DNA from: Leptogorgia sarmentosa
Lineage: Eukaryota
NCBI GenBank assembly: GCA_964658305.1
Contig: OZ210885.1
Span: forward strand, 22,196,001-22,260,000
Direction of reading: 5' to 3'
Length of the DNA: 64,000 bases
In this document: positions 24,769-37,392 of the stretch, piece after piece
How the letters are laid out: each line of letters begins with the position of its first letter
How positions within the stretch are numbered: position 1 is the stretch's first letter
Translations under genes and position numbers: made by a program
Notes under the pieces: model-generated
What the model saw: the letters and a program-made list of their open reading frames with translations, nothing else
Database searches by the model: none
What the model was told of the DNA's origin: nothing

Positions 24769-27700
24769 TTAAGAAAAGGTAAATCCCTTAGACCCATATT
24801 TAAGGGCGATATCCATGTGTTTTGCAAAATCTTCAAAAACCTTGTATTTCAATGGTAAGGTCATGCTCATGAAGCACGTTTCCACAACAGGCAATTCTAT
24901 TTCACTGTCAAATTTAACAAGTTAGCCCCCTCTAAAAAACAAACAAAAAGTGTTATGACAAATTTATGCATCAGCAGTCAAGAGAGATTTATCCTCTATA
25001 TGACAATATCACTAAGGAAGTAAAACCTAATTGCTTTAAATGCTAGTTTTCTATCAGAATATACTAAGTATAAATGTAACAAGTGCTGTCTAGTACATGA
25101 AATAACATACAAACTAATAGCAACAAAAAATAATACTAATTACCTTGCTGTCTCTGTTCGATCATGTCAATATACTGAAATAAGAACTGTGTGGCATGTT
25201 CGTTTTCATCCCTTTCCTCAAAATCAATCTTATCTTTAAACTCATTTCTGTCCAGTATGCGTTCATTATCTCTTGGAAATACTACGTTCGCAAGAACTGG
25301 CCATTTTGAGAGGTATGTCACCAGCTTCATCTCTTCCATACCTGTAAATAGATAGAGTATTAATAATACCAAAGAGAGATGATCTTTGCTTATTGTGTTT
25401 TTCTATACAATAAATAGCTAACAAGTTGACACCAAATGCTTTGTCATTTTGTGTCAAATTCTCCTTCAAAATTGCTGGGTGTTGGGCATGTGGATGGTGT
25501 TTGCTGGGTAAGGGTATGGTTATTCGTACATTGATGAAATACATCAGTATCAATCATGCTGCCCATCACACCTTTGCAGATGTCTTCAATCTCCAACCGC
25601 CTTTTGTTAATGATATTATAAACCATGAGGCCTTGAATCAAAAATTTGTGATCCGAATTTCCTGGATCCAACCCAGCCTCAAACAAGTACGGGTCCAAAC
25701 GACATTTCAACATTTCTGGAATCTTTTCATCACCTTCAAGATCATCAAGCTGAATAAATTGAAAACAGCGCTTATTAAATTGGTGAAATATTAATACAAG
25801 CAGGTATCAAGGTATATCTTTCTATATCTATATATATCTTTCCTAGATTGGTATCTAGGAAAAATCTTGCTTTAAAACCGGAATAGGGCTAACTTTTTCA
25901 AGTGGGTGTGTATAAGAAGAGGGAGTGGGGGGGGGGGCAGGAAGGCTAAATGTTGGCAATGTGCAAGAGGAAATACAGTATTTGCAGTCATACATATGTT
26001 GAGGGGGGCAACAGGGACATTACTACATGGTCACAAAAAAATTGTGGAGGAAGGGGAGGGGAGGGGGTATGAGCACAGGGGCCTCTGAATACAATTTTGC
26101 CCCAGGCCCTGCATACCTGTGAAATACACTCTCGAAGGTCAGTATCAGGAATGTCATTGATTGACAAAGGTGGTGGTCTTTCGACAATATCTTTGTCTTT
26201 GGAAGGGTTACTCAAGTAGTGCACAATTGCTGGCGAAATTCCATGTAGAGAAGGACCGTTGTGCAATACAGAATGACCCAGTATTCTGCCAATCGCCTTA
26301 AAAGAACCGGTTATTCGCAGCGCTTGATCATGGATAGGCAAACGATGATCTGTTTGACCCTCAAAAAATATTGTAGGTTTGGACGAAATTTTCATTCCCT
26401 CATCTACAATCCTGATAGCGCATGACAGAAATTCCCGAACTGGACCACTTCCGGCCCCTTCTTCACCCTCAAATAAAACTCTAGGGCGTGCCATTAGGTT
26501 GTTTCTTCTGCCTTTGTAACATACAAATAAAGCACGTTTGAGTTCCTCAATGCCTTCCATACGAGACACAGAGAATAATTGACGAGGTGCATTTTGGTTG
26601 ATCACTTCTTCTCTAAACTTTAGTACTGCTTTGGTTGCATCAATACATGTGACATCCTCGTCATCAATACATGTTGTATGGAAAGGGTCAATCCTGATTA
26701 TTTCTTCACCATCATCATCTTCCACACCTAGACAATGTTAGGAAGATTATGACACACCTGATTTTTTCATATAAATAGAGATAAAGAAAATGGAAACAAT
26801 TCATTTATTACTAGCCAGTCCATACCAAGCAAACTTTGTGCTGCAACATTAGCATCGCCACCGGATGCAGAAAGTGCTGCGTTAATGTCCTCAGTATTTG
26901 CACTTGGACATAGTTCTTCCAAAAATAACCTTTGACTATAAAATGATACAGTACCATACATTAATAAATATACTGTTTGCTCTTCCACTACTATCAGTTT
27001 TACAGTATGTATAGTATAGCATATAATCTTAAGAAAATATCTCAAAAGCCTAATTCTATGTGAATTAGCTGCTTTTGGTATGGAAGTTAAGATAAGAGAA
27101 TATGCAAACTATACAGTATACATACATACATGTACAAACTGCTAGGTACACCACTATATGTACTGTATGTGTGTATGTGTTACCCAGATGCATTATTCAA
27201 TCCCAGCAAGCTTTCAACATCTTCATCACTGGCAACAATGACCTCCTAACGCTCGTTGTCTCTAAGGCAAATTAACATATTGTTCAACATATTTACAGTG
27301 GCAGAAAGTTTGGTTAGAAAGTTTGGTAGAAAATATATGAACATTTACCCTCCCCCCCCCCAAATTAATGCTGTAGTTTCGCCCCTGTGGACATTTACCC
27401 CACTCCACCACCATCTACCAAACCTACAAATCCTACTATATTTACATACTTTATCAGGACGTGTTTCCCCTGGATGAGCTTCAGCAATGTGATCCTTAAT
27501 GTTCATCATTGGAACAGATAAACCACACTTTATACAGTCTACCTCAGGTACATCCATGTATGCCTGCAAAAGCAAGAGTTCGACAAAACAAAATATTTAG
27601 TTGTAAAAATTTTCCCCTTCATTTGCACACTAACCCACCACACACACACACACACACATACTCCCATACGACTGTGTGTTCACTTTAACAAACTTTGATT

Positions 27701-28953
27701 CTATACATTTACTTTTGTTTTGCCATTGTGTAGAAAAGATATAAAATAATATATATGACGATAATTTATTGTACGTTGTTACCTGTAAATCATCTGCATT
27801 CTCTTCATTGTCTAAGTCTAAGTCCCTTTGCAATGGTCGGAGGTAAATTTTTGCATTACCAGCAGCATCTTTTATCCATCTAGGTGTCTGTGGACCTTCC
27901 ATTTTTATGAAACCAGAATCTTCTCCTCGTTGATAAAGAAGCATCTCATATCCAGAAGTTTGGAATTTTGGGAATCTCTCTAAGATTTTCTCATGGCACT
28001 GGACAGTATTCATGTCAAGGCAAAATTGAATGGATCCTTCTCCAAGACCAGCATTCTGTAAGGCTGTTCGGTCTCTTATTTTTGTTGGAGGTTTGAGTGC
28101 ATGGACTTCAGAGAGTGCCACAAATTTAAGTGTACATGTTGGCTGTTTTTTCTCTTTACCTCTTCTGCTTGCTTTTCGTTTACCAGCACTATTACCAAAG
28201 GAAAAGAGTTGCTTGTGTTCACTGACCTGTCTCATCTGGACAATGTTTATGGCTGAAGAACTGGCAGACTGTCTTGAAGGACCTGGCCTATTCAGTGGAG
28301 ATGACGACACCACTCCAGATGGTCCTGGGGCGCTTGATTGAGAGTTGGTACTTGGCAGTTGAGCTAGCTGTTGCTGATTAGATACTTGATTTAAAAGCAC
28401 CCCTGGAGAAGTTATAATCAAGATTTCAGGAAAGTCATTGGCTAATTAGCTCATGAATTATTCATGATTTTAGAATGTCCTGTATATAATGGGCCAGCTC
28501 GAACAATACGTCTTCAAAAAAGAACCCCCCCAAATGGTTTCCCTAATTCCCCCTCAATTGCCCCTCTTCCCCCAAAAAAATTGGTGCCTGGCATCGCCAC
28601 TGGCCGATCAGATCTGCACCAGATTTATAGTCAGCGTGGTTTGAAAATAAATGTTAATAGTCTGTACGTCCCTACAATTTTACATCCAAAATTATAGTCA
28701 CTCATTAGTTGAAGTTTTCTAGCAATATGGGTTGCTTTAAAACTTAAGGAAATGGCAAATAACGGATGCGTTTTTGCCGTTTTAATGTATGTAGTTCATT
28801 TACATAGCGCATTGATTGCATTTATATGATAAACAGTCATTAATATTTATTACGAACTTACTATTTTTACGAACCTTGTGGAGACTCTATTCGCTCCAGT
28901 TGGCTTGCAACACGAAGTAAAGTGTCTTTGACACTCTTTATCTCTTGTTCCAT
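24769..28953 (-). CDS. Multi-exon HECT E3 ligase-like gene (G2E3-like HECT) with UBZ-like finger and CUE/UBA-like domain; last exon appears damaged
   Basis: HECT N-lobe FEGEEGAGSGPVREF and GRILGHSVLHNGP; C-lobe LPVVETCFMSMTLP...GFTFS*. Also CIKCGLSVPMMNIKDH and LEELCPSANTEDINAALSASGGDANVAAQSLL. Confidence 0.8.
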
Positions 28954-30400
28954 GTTTTTGAAACAGAGCAACACGCATCAACAATCTATGACATTGTGCA
29001 TGTGTCTGACGGATACAACGTTGTCGTGCACGTGCCTGAGAGATGACGTCATTACGACACCCGATACTTTTTGGCGGCCTTGGTACGTTCTGCAGATGTC
29101 AACATTCAACATTACAAATCGCAACATTTGATATTGCAAGTCGTAACATTGTTTGAATAAAAGATGTAAAAAAGATTCCGGGAAAGACAGTTGAGTTGTG
29201 AAATTGAAAGTTGATGTTCGTGAACTTTATTATTGTGTCATGTGAATTACGAGATTATAAAAAATGACAAATATAAAATTATTGCGATTTTTCGAAGTTA
29301 AATGTTGATTTGAGTGCAATCCGATGTTGAGTATGGGAGAGTTGAATGTTGAAGGTCCAAATTAAATGTTGTGTGGCAATGTTGGTTGTTGAGTAGCAAT
29401 GTTGGTTGTTGAGTAGCAACTTTGAATTTTGGCGGCGATGGAACGCCATAGAAATCCCCTCCGGAATTTCAATTTTGGCGAGAATTTCAACTAGCTGAGC
29501 ATGTGTTTGGGGGATTAAAATATTTGTGAACACAATATGGCGGACGCTAAGAGTGGAGCGGTGAATCAGTGAATGTGGCCAATATTGTTTGAATATGTTG
29601 GTAAAGCACTTAAAAGGTCGTTCATACATCTTTGATGAATCTAGAAAATTGCATTTGCTTATATGTAATACCAATAGAAAACATGTGTAGGTTTTTGTTC
29701 AGCAAATAACAGGCTACTGTCGTATTAAAATTTAACATAGTTGGGTATTCGCTATTAGGACTGATCCACTGACTACGACCAAAGTTTGGTAGAAGAAACT
29801 TACATCGTTACTAGTAATAGCAAAATATATATACAGTGTTAAGAATACATCTATCAAACAGCAAACACTGGTATTATTAGATACAACTTAGATTTAGTAT
29901 TCATGCCGTTTTGAAATGTGTCAAGCTCGTTGCCTCGTTCATTGGCATCATACACGCGTTTACTTGAGCGTTCATTCACCACCGACACGGTCGTGAGTGT
30001 ATTCAATTATACAAACCAGAGTTAAGTAGCGAGTAAGACATGAGTGGTGTAAAACACATGCATCGAACTAATCAAAGCGCTTCGCGAACGAAGTAATTAT
30101 ACTATTTAATTAATGCTGTAATTTTTACGCATTTTATCTCAATGACATGTTATACACACGAGTATAGCATGTGTAAAGCATGCTCGGATAATTGAACATG
30201 ATTGGCTCGCTAAATATGGAAATTATAATGAGTTTCACTTGCGCTGCACGAGGTGACAAAGTTCATATAAACAACCACAGCATGTGCACAACATGCTGCG
30301 AATATTAAATATGATTGGGTAGCTGATCGATATGAATCAATACGGCGATTTGTGAAATCCTCTTGACTCGTCAGAGGGCTATATTCAAAAGCAAAAGACG

Positions 30401-30640
30401 AGGAGATAGCCAATGTGTTATCGCCACTCGCTTCACTTGCCAGCGAGCCTTATGTAATCGAGGAAAACGGCAAGGAGATAGCCAACGTGTTATCGCCACT
30501 TGCTTCACTTGCCAGCGAGCCTTATGTAATCGAGGAAAACAGCAAGGAGATAGCCAACGTGTTATCGCCACTCGCTTCACTTCCCAGCAAGCCTTATGTA
30601 ATCGAGGAAAATGGCAAGGAGATAGCCCACATGTTATCGA
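30401..30640 (+). repeat. 72-bp tandem repeat, ~3.3 copies
   Basis: AGGAGATAGCC recurs with a 72-bp period from 30401. Confidence 0.92.
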
Positions 30641-31359
30641 CACGTACCTTGTGCACGGGTCTAGCACAACGGTGCAAAATTGTGTTCCATTGAAAGAGAA
30701 ACTCACTAAAAACCTGCTAAAATCTTGTGAAAAATTATCAAATCTAACGAGAAACTATGTGAACTATCTGAAACTATGAAAATTGTATGTGTGAAACAAC
30801 TATGCTTATGTGAAACGCTTATTAATATTTGTCAAACAGCCGATGACCTTGGGAATACACTGTAAAAGGTCAATGACACTTGTATTTTAAAAGCAGATCA
30901 TAATTATGTAGAAGAAACAATTGATGCTAGTCCACAGCTAAATAATGATCCGAATATAAAAGGTGAACTTTTATCCACGTTTACAAAACAAAACAAGCAC
31001 CTAACGTCTAATCAGTCGTACGTTTTCGATCGAAGTAGATCACAATGTATAAGACATTCAAAATATGCTAGAAAGCGTGATCGTGAACCGTCTAGAATTC
31101 CTATGAAAAAGTTTGTTCATTTAACGACCAAAAATAAAACAAGAAGGCGTAGAATTAAAAGTTTAATAAAGCAGTTCATTCCTAAGTCATCATGTTGGCA
31201 TAATTTGCTCTCTACAAGATACCGTAAATATGTAATTCATAAACCTACAAATAAAAACATGTGGCAATTTCGGAAGCCAACAATTACTAAGTTTGCAAAG
31301 AATGTATATCTTAAATTTTTAAAACAAGTAAATGCAATGTGCAAAGAATAAAAACATGT

Positions 31360-31764
31360 GGAAAATTATTGTTATTTGTATGTGGTGATATTGAGTTAAA
31401 CCCGAGTCCCGTAAATACTTCAGCTATGTCAATGTTAACGACACGATTAGCTCGCATAGGATGAAAGCCAGTAAATATTGCCGGTGATGGTAATTGCTTC
31501 TTTCGTAGTGTAAGTCACCAACTTTACGGAACTGAAGATCGTCATCCACAAATAAGAGCTCTTGCAATCCAACATTTGATAAATTGTCCAGAATATTTCG
31601 TGGAATATAACACTGATCAATCATGGATGCAATATTTAGGAAATATGTCGACACTTGGCACATGGGCAGATCATATTACTATACAGGCAGTTGCTAATAC
31701 AAATAATTTACGAATTAACATCACCGAAAGTGCACTAAACTTTTCTGAGTCAACAGTTATATAA
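31360..31764 (+). pseudogene. Helentron/Helitron-like N-terminal remnant: 2A-like motif plus OTU domain (frameshifted)
   Basis: LLLFVCGDIELNPSP, then GDGNCFFRSVSHQLYG and WADHITIQAVAN in shifting frames. Confidence 0.7.
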
Positions 31765-31878
31765 ACTCTATTTATAATCATAATACAGCCATATTCCTTT
31801 CCTTTATAAAGATACAAGTGGTTCATTTAAAGTACTGTTTCAAAATGTGAGATCATTACATCTTCATGTTGCTGCAAA

Positions 31879-32287
31879 TTTTTTTTCCATAGACAGTCGG
31901 ACCCCTCCGAGATGGTCGGACTCCTCCTTTATTAGCGTCCAGACTCTTTCCCGTGATCAATTGATAATACTAACACTTACTCAAACGGTAGTTCTGACCC
32001 TAACCTTGAATATAAATAAAATTTTGAAAGAAAATCTTAAGTACGGATGTATTTCAAAAATAAATCGCTCAAATATCTTTGGCAGAATGAAAAAAAAGTG
32101 ACGAAAAAAACAACACCCTGATGGGGATCGAACCCAGACACGCTGCACGCAGTCCGCCTGCTTACCACTAAACCAACCGCTCAAGCTGCCAGATCTGTCA
32201 TTGAAAACTTCTATAATGCTTATTCCGAATGATAATGTTAATATGATAATAAAGGAGGGGTCCGACTGTCTACGGAAAAAAAACTAG
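31879..32287. mobile_element. ~400-bp non-autonomous inverted-repeat element containing a tRNA-derived segment
   Basis: TTTTTTTTCCATAGACAGTCGGACCCCTCC at the left is the near-perfect reverse complement of GGAGGGGTCCGACTGTCTACGGAAAAAAAA at the right. Confidence 0.8.
32104..32183 (-). pseudogene. tRNA-derived Pol III unit (A box, B box, T7 terminator); not a foldable tRNA
   Basis: Minus strand reads TGGTTTAGTGGTAA ... GGGTTCGATCCCC ... TTTTTTT. The T-arm pairs but the acceptor stem does not. Confidence 0.65.
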
Positions 32288-32493
32288 CGATGTTGCTAGT
32301 GATTACAATGTGAAAGCGGCGGATGTTAATATATTTGTGGAATCTGCTCTGTGTAGTAACAATGACAATGCATTATATGACATTTCTGGCTTTCAATTAT
32401 TTAGGAATGATTTTACACAACATGGTGTGAGAACACCTTATGGAACTGCTGTTTACGTAAAAAATGATGTTCAGCTTATCTCAGAACCGTTAA

Positions 32494-35400
32494 AGTGCCT
32501 ATCTCATGGTTGGGTTTTTTACATATATGGCATATTTAGATGATTTCCAGACGATTTGCAATTTAATGTTCTCACAAAAAATGCCATCTTCATGCTTAAT
32601 TTTGCGGGTGAAATCAGCATTTCCGCATTCGAGGGCGCAAAATTGGGATCTGGTGACTAATCTAATTAGTGATGTCACACTAGGGAGGCCAAAAGCTGCA
32701 TCTATTATTTCAGTCAGTTTCATATTACCATAAACCACGTTGTCAACGCTTACGAGACTTTTTATAAGGTAAAAATGCCAAATCGTTGTGTTGTTTATGG
32801 CTGTTCTAATGAACCAAATCCAGAAGCAGGCATTACGCTTCATCCTATACCGTTTACGGATGATTCTCGACCCGAGGCAAAAAAGCGCAGGAAGAAATGG
32901 ATTGAGTGTGTCGCTCGTAAGCGAGCGAAATGGACTCCGGGGAAAACTGCGTCGGTTTGCTCAGTTCATTTTACTGATAAGGATTTTGAAAGGCGATTTT
33001 GGAACTTGCAGTCCGAAGAAGAGACGACGACCAGATCCTTAAAGCATTCGCGACGAAATTTAAGAAAGGACGAAGTTGGGGTTTCTGTTTGGCCTACCAT
33101 ACAAGCGATTCAACCATCTGAAGCCGAAGGAGAGTCGGCAAGAGACATTCGTCGCAAGATAATTCTAATATCAATATGAGTATAACATGTCGCAAAGTTT
33201 CCCATACATGACAGTGATGATACTAGAACCATATAATATAACTAAACAAATTATATTATAATTACATCCAAGGTTTTCAGAGCTAAGAATGGGGGATGCT
33301 CGACATTCACTCCTAGCGAAGGGCAGGCGGCTGGTACTGGTAGTGAAGGAGACGAAGCGACGCCGGAGGCAATCGATATAACAGAGCCGGAGGAAATGGA
33401 TACTCAGAATACAGATGACAACGAAGATCAAGCGCCACAGGTATAACGTTGCGCTATACTTTTAGCCTAATGCCAGTACTTGGTAGTGTGGCAACATCAA
33501 ATAATTACACGTACTGTAGCACTTCATTGATCCATGAGTCCATGATCTGTGTATTAAATGTATGGGTAATCATTTAGGCTTCTGCTAAAGATGCTTGGTG
33601 TCAGACCGTGGAAGCAACATCACCAGCAGCGCACTGTGTAAAATGCAAACAGCTGGAGAACAAGAACCATCGACTAAGCTGCCAGTTGAATAATGCAAAA
33701 GAAGAGATAAAGTCACTAAAGGAGAAGCTGCAGAGTCGAGAAAGAGGTATACATGCCATACAGTAGCCTAATAGTACAGTATGCAGAGTAAAATCCATAG
33801 TCAACATGGAAAATCTGCATCATATTACATGATTTTTTATATTATTCTAATATATTCTTCTAGAAACAGTCTCAAGTGATAGTGAAGGTAGCTCAGATGA
33901 GGATGAGCTAACAAGTCCAAGCATTCCGGAGGAGGAGAGTAGCAATAAAGAGCATTATGACAGTGCCACTACAGATGATACTGTTTCAGAACATATCAGT
34001 ACAGAAGCCAGCAGTAGCAGTAGTGATGAATCTGACAATGGTCTGCAAGATGGAGCTGAGTAAGTGTGATATTAAGGCACTCTTTACATGAGCCTGGTTT
34101 GGTGGACCAAGTTGTTGACCAGCCCAATCTCATGCAAGGGTGCCTATAAAGATTGTACTTTAAGAACTATTAATTTCCAAGTGCTAAGAAGTAGCTTTAA
34201 GGGGGAGGAAGGGGGCAAAGAAATACCTGAGAAAGTATGTAAGAGCTTAATGTGAGGTGGGAGGCTGAATTACACCCTGGTATGTTGCCCTTACTTTCTG
34301 GTGTACAGTAAATACTATAACATGTTGAAATTGAAACATTGTACCTTTGACAGAGCGAAAATACCAGATGGCAACAACCTAAGGACTGAACCAAAGTTTG
34401 TGGTGTTTCTGTCCCAGCTCCTGTTGCTATTTTCAGTCTGTCCCTCATGCAAAGACCAAGGACCATTGGTGAAAGTTCAGAAATATGGTACCATGGCAAA
34501 GGTTACAACCACATGCAGCAATGAAGCATGTAAGAAGAGAGAGAATGTCTGGAATAGCCAGCCTAACATGACCGATACCAACATTCCAGCAGGAAATTTT
34601 TTATTATCATTTGGAACATTGCTTTCTGGTGGTTCCCCTTCAAATATTTTAAGGGTATTTGAGCATATGGGACTGTGTTGCATCTCACTGGCTACTTATT
34701 TTAGACACCAAAGTGTAAGTACAACATACATCTACAACGTTAGTAGCAAACAATTATATATTATACATTGTGTTGGTGTGTGTAGTGAAGTCATGTTGTT
34801 ATTGTCATTTGTCAACAAGTAAAACCGAACCATAATGCAATGGCTTTTGTATTGTCTTTAGTGGTTGTTTTCTGGTGTTTTCTCTAACATCTTTAACACT
34901 GTGTAAACACATATTTTTTTAGAATATGTTATTTCCTTTGTTGCACAACCATTGGCAGACATACCAACTGAAACTTGTGGAAGCAATAAAAAAAGAAAGT
35001 CAGGATGGTGTTGTGATATCAGGAGATGGTAGACATGACAGTATGGGGCACAGTGCCAAATACTGTGCATATACCATCTTCTGTTTCACAACATCAAAGA
35101 TAGTGCACTTCAGCCTTTTACAGGTAATTATTACTTATCAGTACTGTAGAGTCAGTACATATTCTCTCCAATTAATTCTGCAAGTACTTTGGATTGGGGT
35201 TATTAAATACTCCAGTTGATATTGAAAAACAGTTCACATTATTATTTCAGAGAAATGAGACAGGCAGTAGCCAGGCCATGGAGTATGAAGGCTTCCAGAG
35301 GTGCATGGAGTTTCTGTCAAATAAAGAGCTCAATATGACCACTTTTGTGTCTGACAGACACACCTCCATCCAGAAACACATGAGAGAGAAACTGCCAAAG

Positions 35401-37392
35401 ATAATCCATTATTTTGATCTTTGGCATATTAAAAAAAGTGAGTTTTCAATTATTTCTGCTGGTATAATACAGGAAATATTTTCATGATTATTTTTATATC
35501 ATGACATTATCTAGAGATTCAAAAAGTATTACAGAAACTCTGTAAGGAAAAAGGAAATGAGGCACTCTTGGAATGGATAAAACCTATCACCAACCATCTC
35601 TATTGGAGTGCAACTACAACATCAAATGGGCCACATCATCAACAAGCATGACAATTTGCCGAATCCAGTCTTTGATAAATGTGCCCACGACGAAAATATT
35701 GCACCAAGAAAATGGTTAACAGAAGGTGATTTGTTTAGTTACCTAATTTTGTACTAATTATGTAGTATGGTAGTTTTACAACAGTTAGCCTTCTACGTTG
35801 GCAGGTTATGCATAGTTCACTGAGCTAGCGATGCCTGGTAAACTTCTTTGCTTTTTCCAGATTCTCTTGTGTATGAAAAATTGAATAAAGCAATGACCAA
35901 GAAAAATTTAAAGAATGGAATATTACAAGCCTCTCCTCTGGTCCAAACTAGTAACCTAGAAGGTTTCCACAGTGTGCTAAACCATTTTGCACCAAAAATG
36001 CTTGTGTTTTCATTTCCTGGAATGTATTGCAGGTTTGTTATACATCATGTAAACCTACAGTATATAATCTTTTTCACATTTACAGTAGAGATGGTATTGT
36101 ATAATGTGAATTTTAATTTGTAAGAAATGTTGTGTCATTATATTACAGGAGGTCCATATTGCTAAGCATCCCCTATATATCTTCACAGGCATCTTCTGGC
36201 TGCTATACATTTCAATCACAATTTGCAAAGAGATCTAAAGAAGTGTCCCGATGGCACAGACCAGATCAAAATTGTATACCCGAAGTTTAAAAGTGGTGAA
36301 GCGACAGTTAGAAGTGTCACTGTTAAACCAAACTATGGTAAGCACAACATTGAATTAACATGAAGCATAAAATACAGTATCATTTGTTGTGCTAACTTTT
36401 TAAATGTTTTAGATTATGTGCAGGACATATACAATTCATTCTTGGGCTCCACAGAGGATGATTTACAACGTGGATTTGAAGCACTGCACGAAATGAAACC
36501 ATTGCCTATGGATTCAAGTCTGGACAAACAGCCTCGAGAAGAGGCTATCCAGCAAAAACAACTGCGACAACAGATGGAAGTAAACGATGTCCCAGCAACT
36601 GGGCAAGGTAAAAATCTTTTTAGGTAAAGTTTTACTTAGAACTAAATTGGAACTATTAAGGATAAAAATATACTTTTTTTAATTACAGCTGTTGATGCTC
36701 CCAATCCCCAGACACCACAAGAAAGAGAGAGGCGAAAACCACATTGCAGTACATGTGGCCACCCAATGAAGGGGTACAAAAATATAACAAATTGTCCAAA
36801 AAATTGTAAATATGTTTCATAATCCACTACCAGTCTTGTTTTTTTCCAGCACCAAGTGATTAATGCAGTAAACTTTATGCTTCTTTGCATCAATTTTGGT
36901 GCAAGATCAATGTAAGACTATTGGAAATGTTCAAACTTACTGACATCATATCAATCATCATGCTGTGTGGAGCGGAACCTGCTCATATTATGGGTCATAT
37001 TTAGGGCCGTCTCAGTACAGTAGGCTACACCAGAACCATTTTTGCTTCGTAGCAAGAAGCTATAGCTGTTTGACCATAAATCCAACATTTTGTGACAACA
37101 TTGGCTCGATAGTGTTTGTTAGATAATCTTGTTTTGCTATGATTTTGCCCGCCATTTTGTAACCCGACGTAAAAACAAGAATACGGCCTCCCTAGTGTGA
37201 CATCATCATTCCATCACTAATTAGATTAGTCACCAGATCCCAATTTTGCGCCCTCAAACGCGGAAATGCTGATTTCACCCGCAAAATTAAGCATGAAGAT
37301 GGCATTTTTTGTGAGAACATTAAATTGCAAATCGTCTGGAAATCATCTAAATATGCCATATATGTAAAAAACCCAACCATGAGATAGGCACT
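32494..37392 (+). mobile_element. Kolobok DNA transposon
   Basis: TTAA on both sides (32490-32493, 37393-37396); ~190-bp TIRs starting AGTGCCTATCTCATGG; THAP plus Kolobok-type transposase. Confidence 0.93.
32775..36822 (+). pseudogene. Spliced THAP-Kolobok DDE transposase, probably disabled
   Basis: THAP MPNRCVVYGCSN...W...VCSVHF; catalytic GDGRHDSMGH, VSDRH, FDLWH, TSNLEGFHS; C-terminal CSTCGH knuckle. The THAP exon ends AAG|AT rather than GT, and there is a deletion or frameshift near 35630. Confidence 0.82.

Larger units (their letters stand above)
22383..29450 (+). mobile_element. Complete IS3EU-type DNA transposon with two convergent genes
   Basis: TIRs TATGGCGTTCCATCGCCGCC...GGCGGCGATGGAACGCCATA; identical 6-bp TSD GAAATC (22377-22382, 29451-29456); long inverted repeats 22383-22646 and 29027-29450; integrase-core transposase. 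Confidence 0.9.

Noticed and set aside
32104..32183. Functional tRNA gene
   Set aside because: Acceptor and anticodon stems do not pair; only the promoter boxes and T-arm remain.
32506..32733. Near-identical small ORFs at 32506-32733 and 37192-37380
   Set aside because: They are the two Kolobok TIRs read inward, not duplicated genes.
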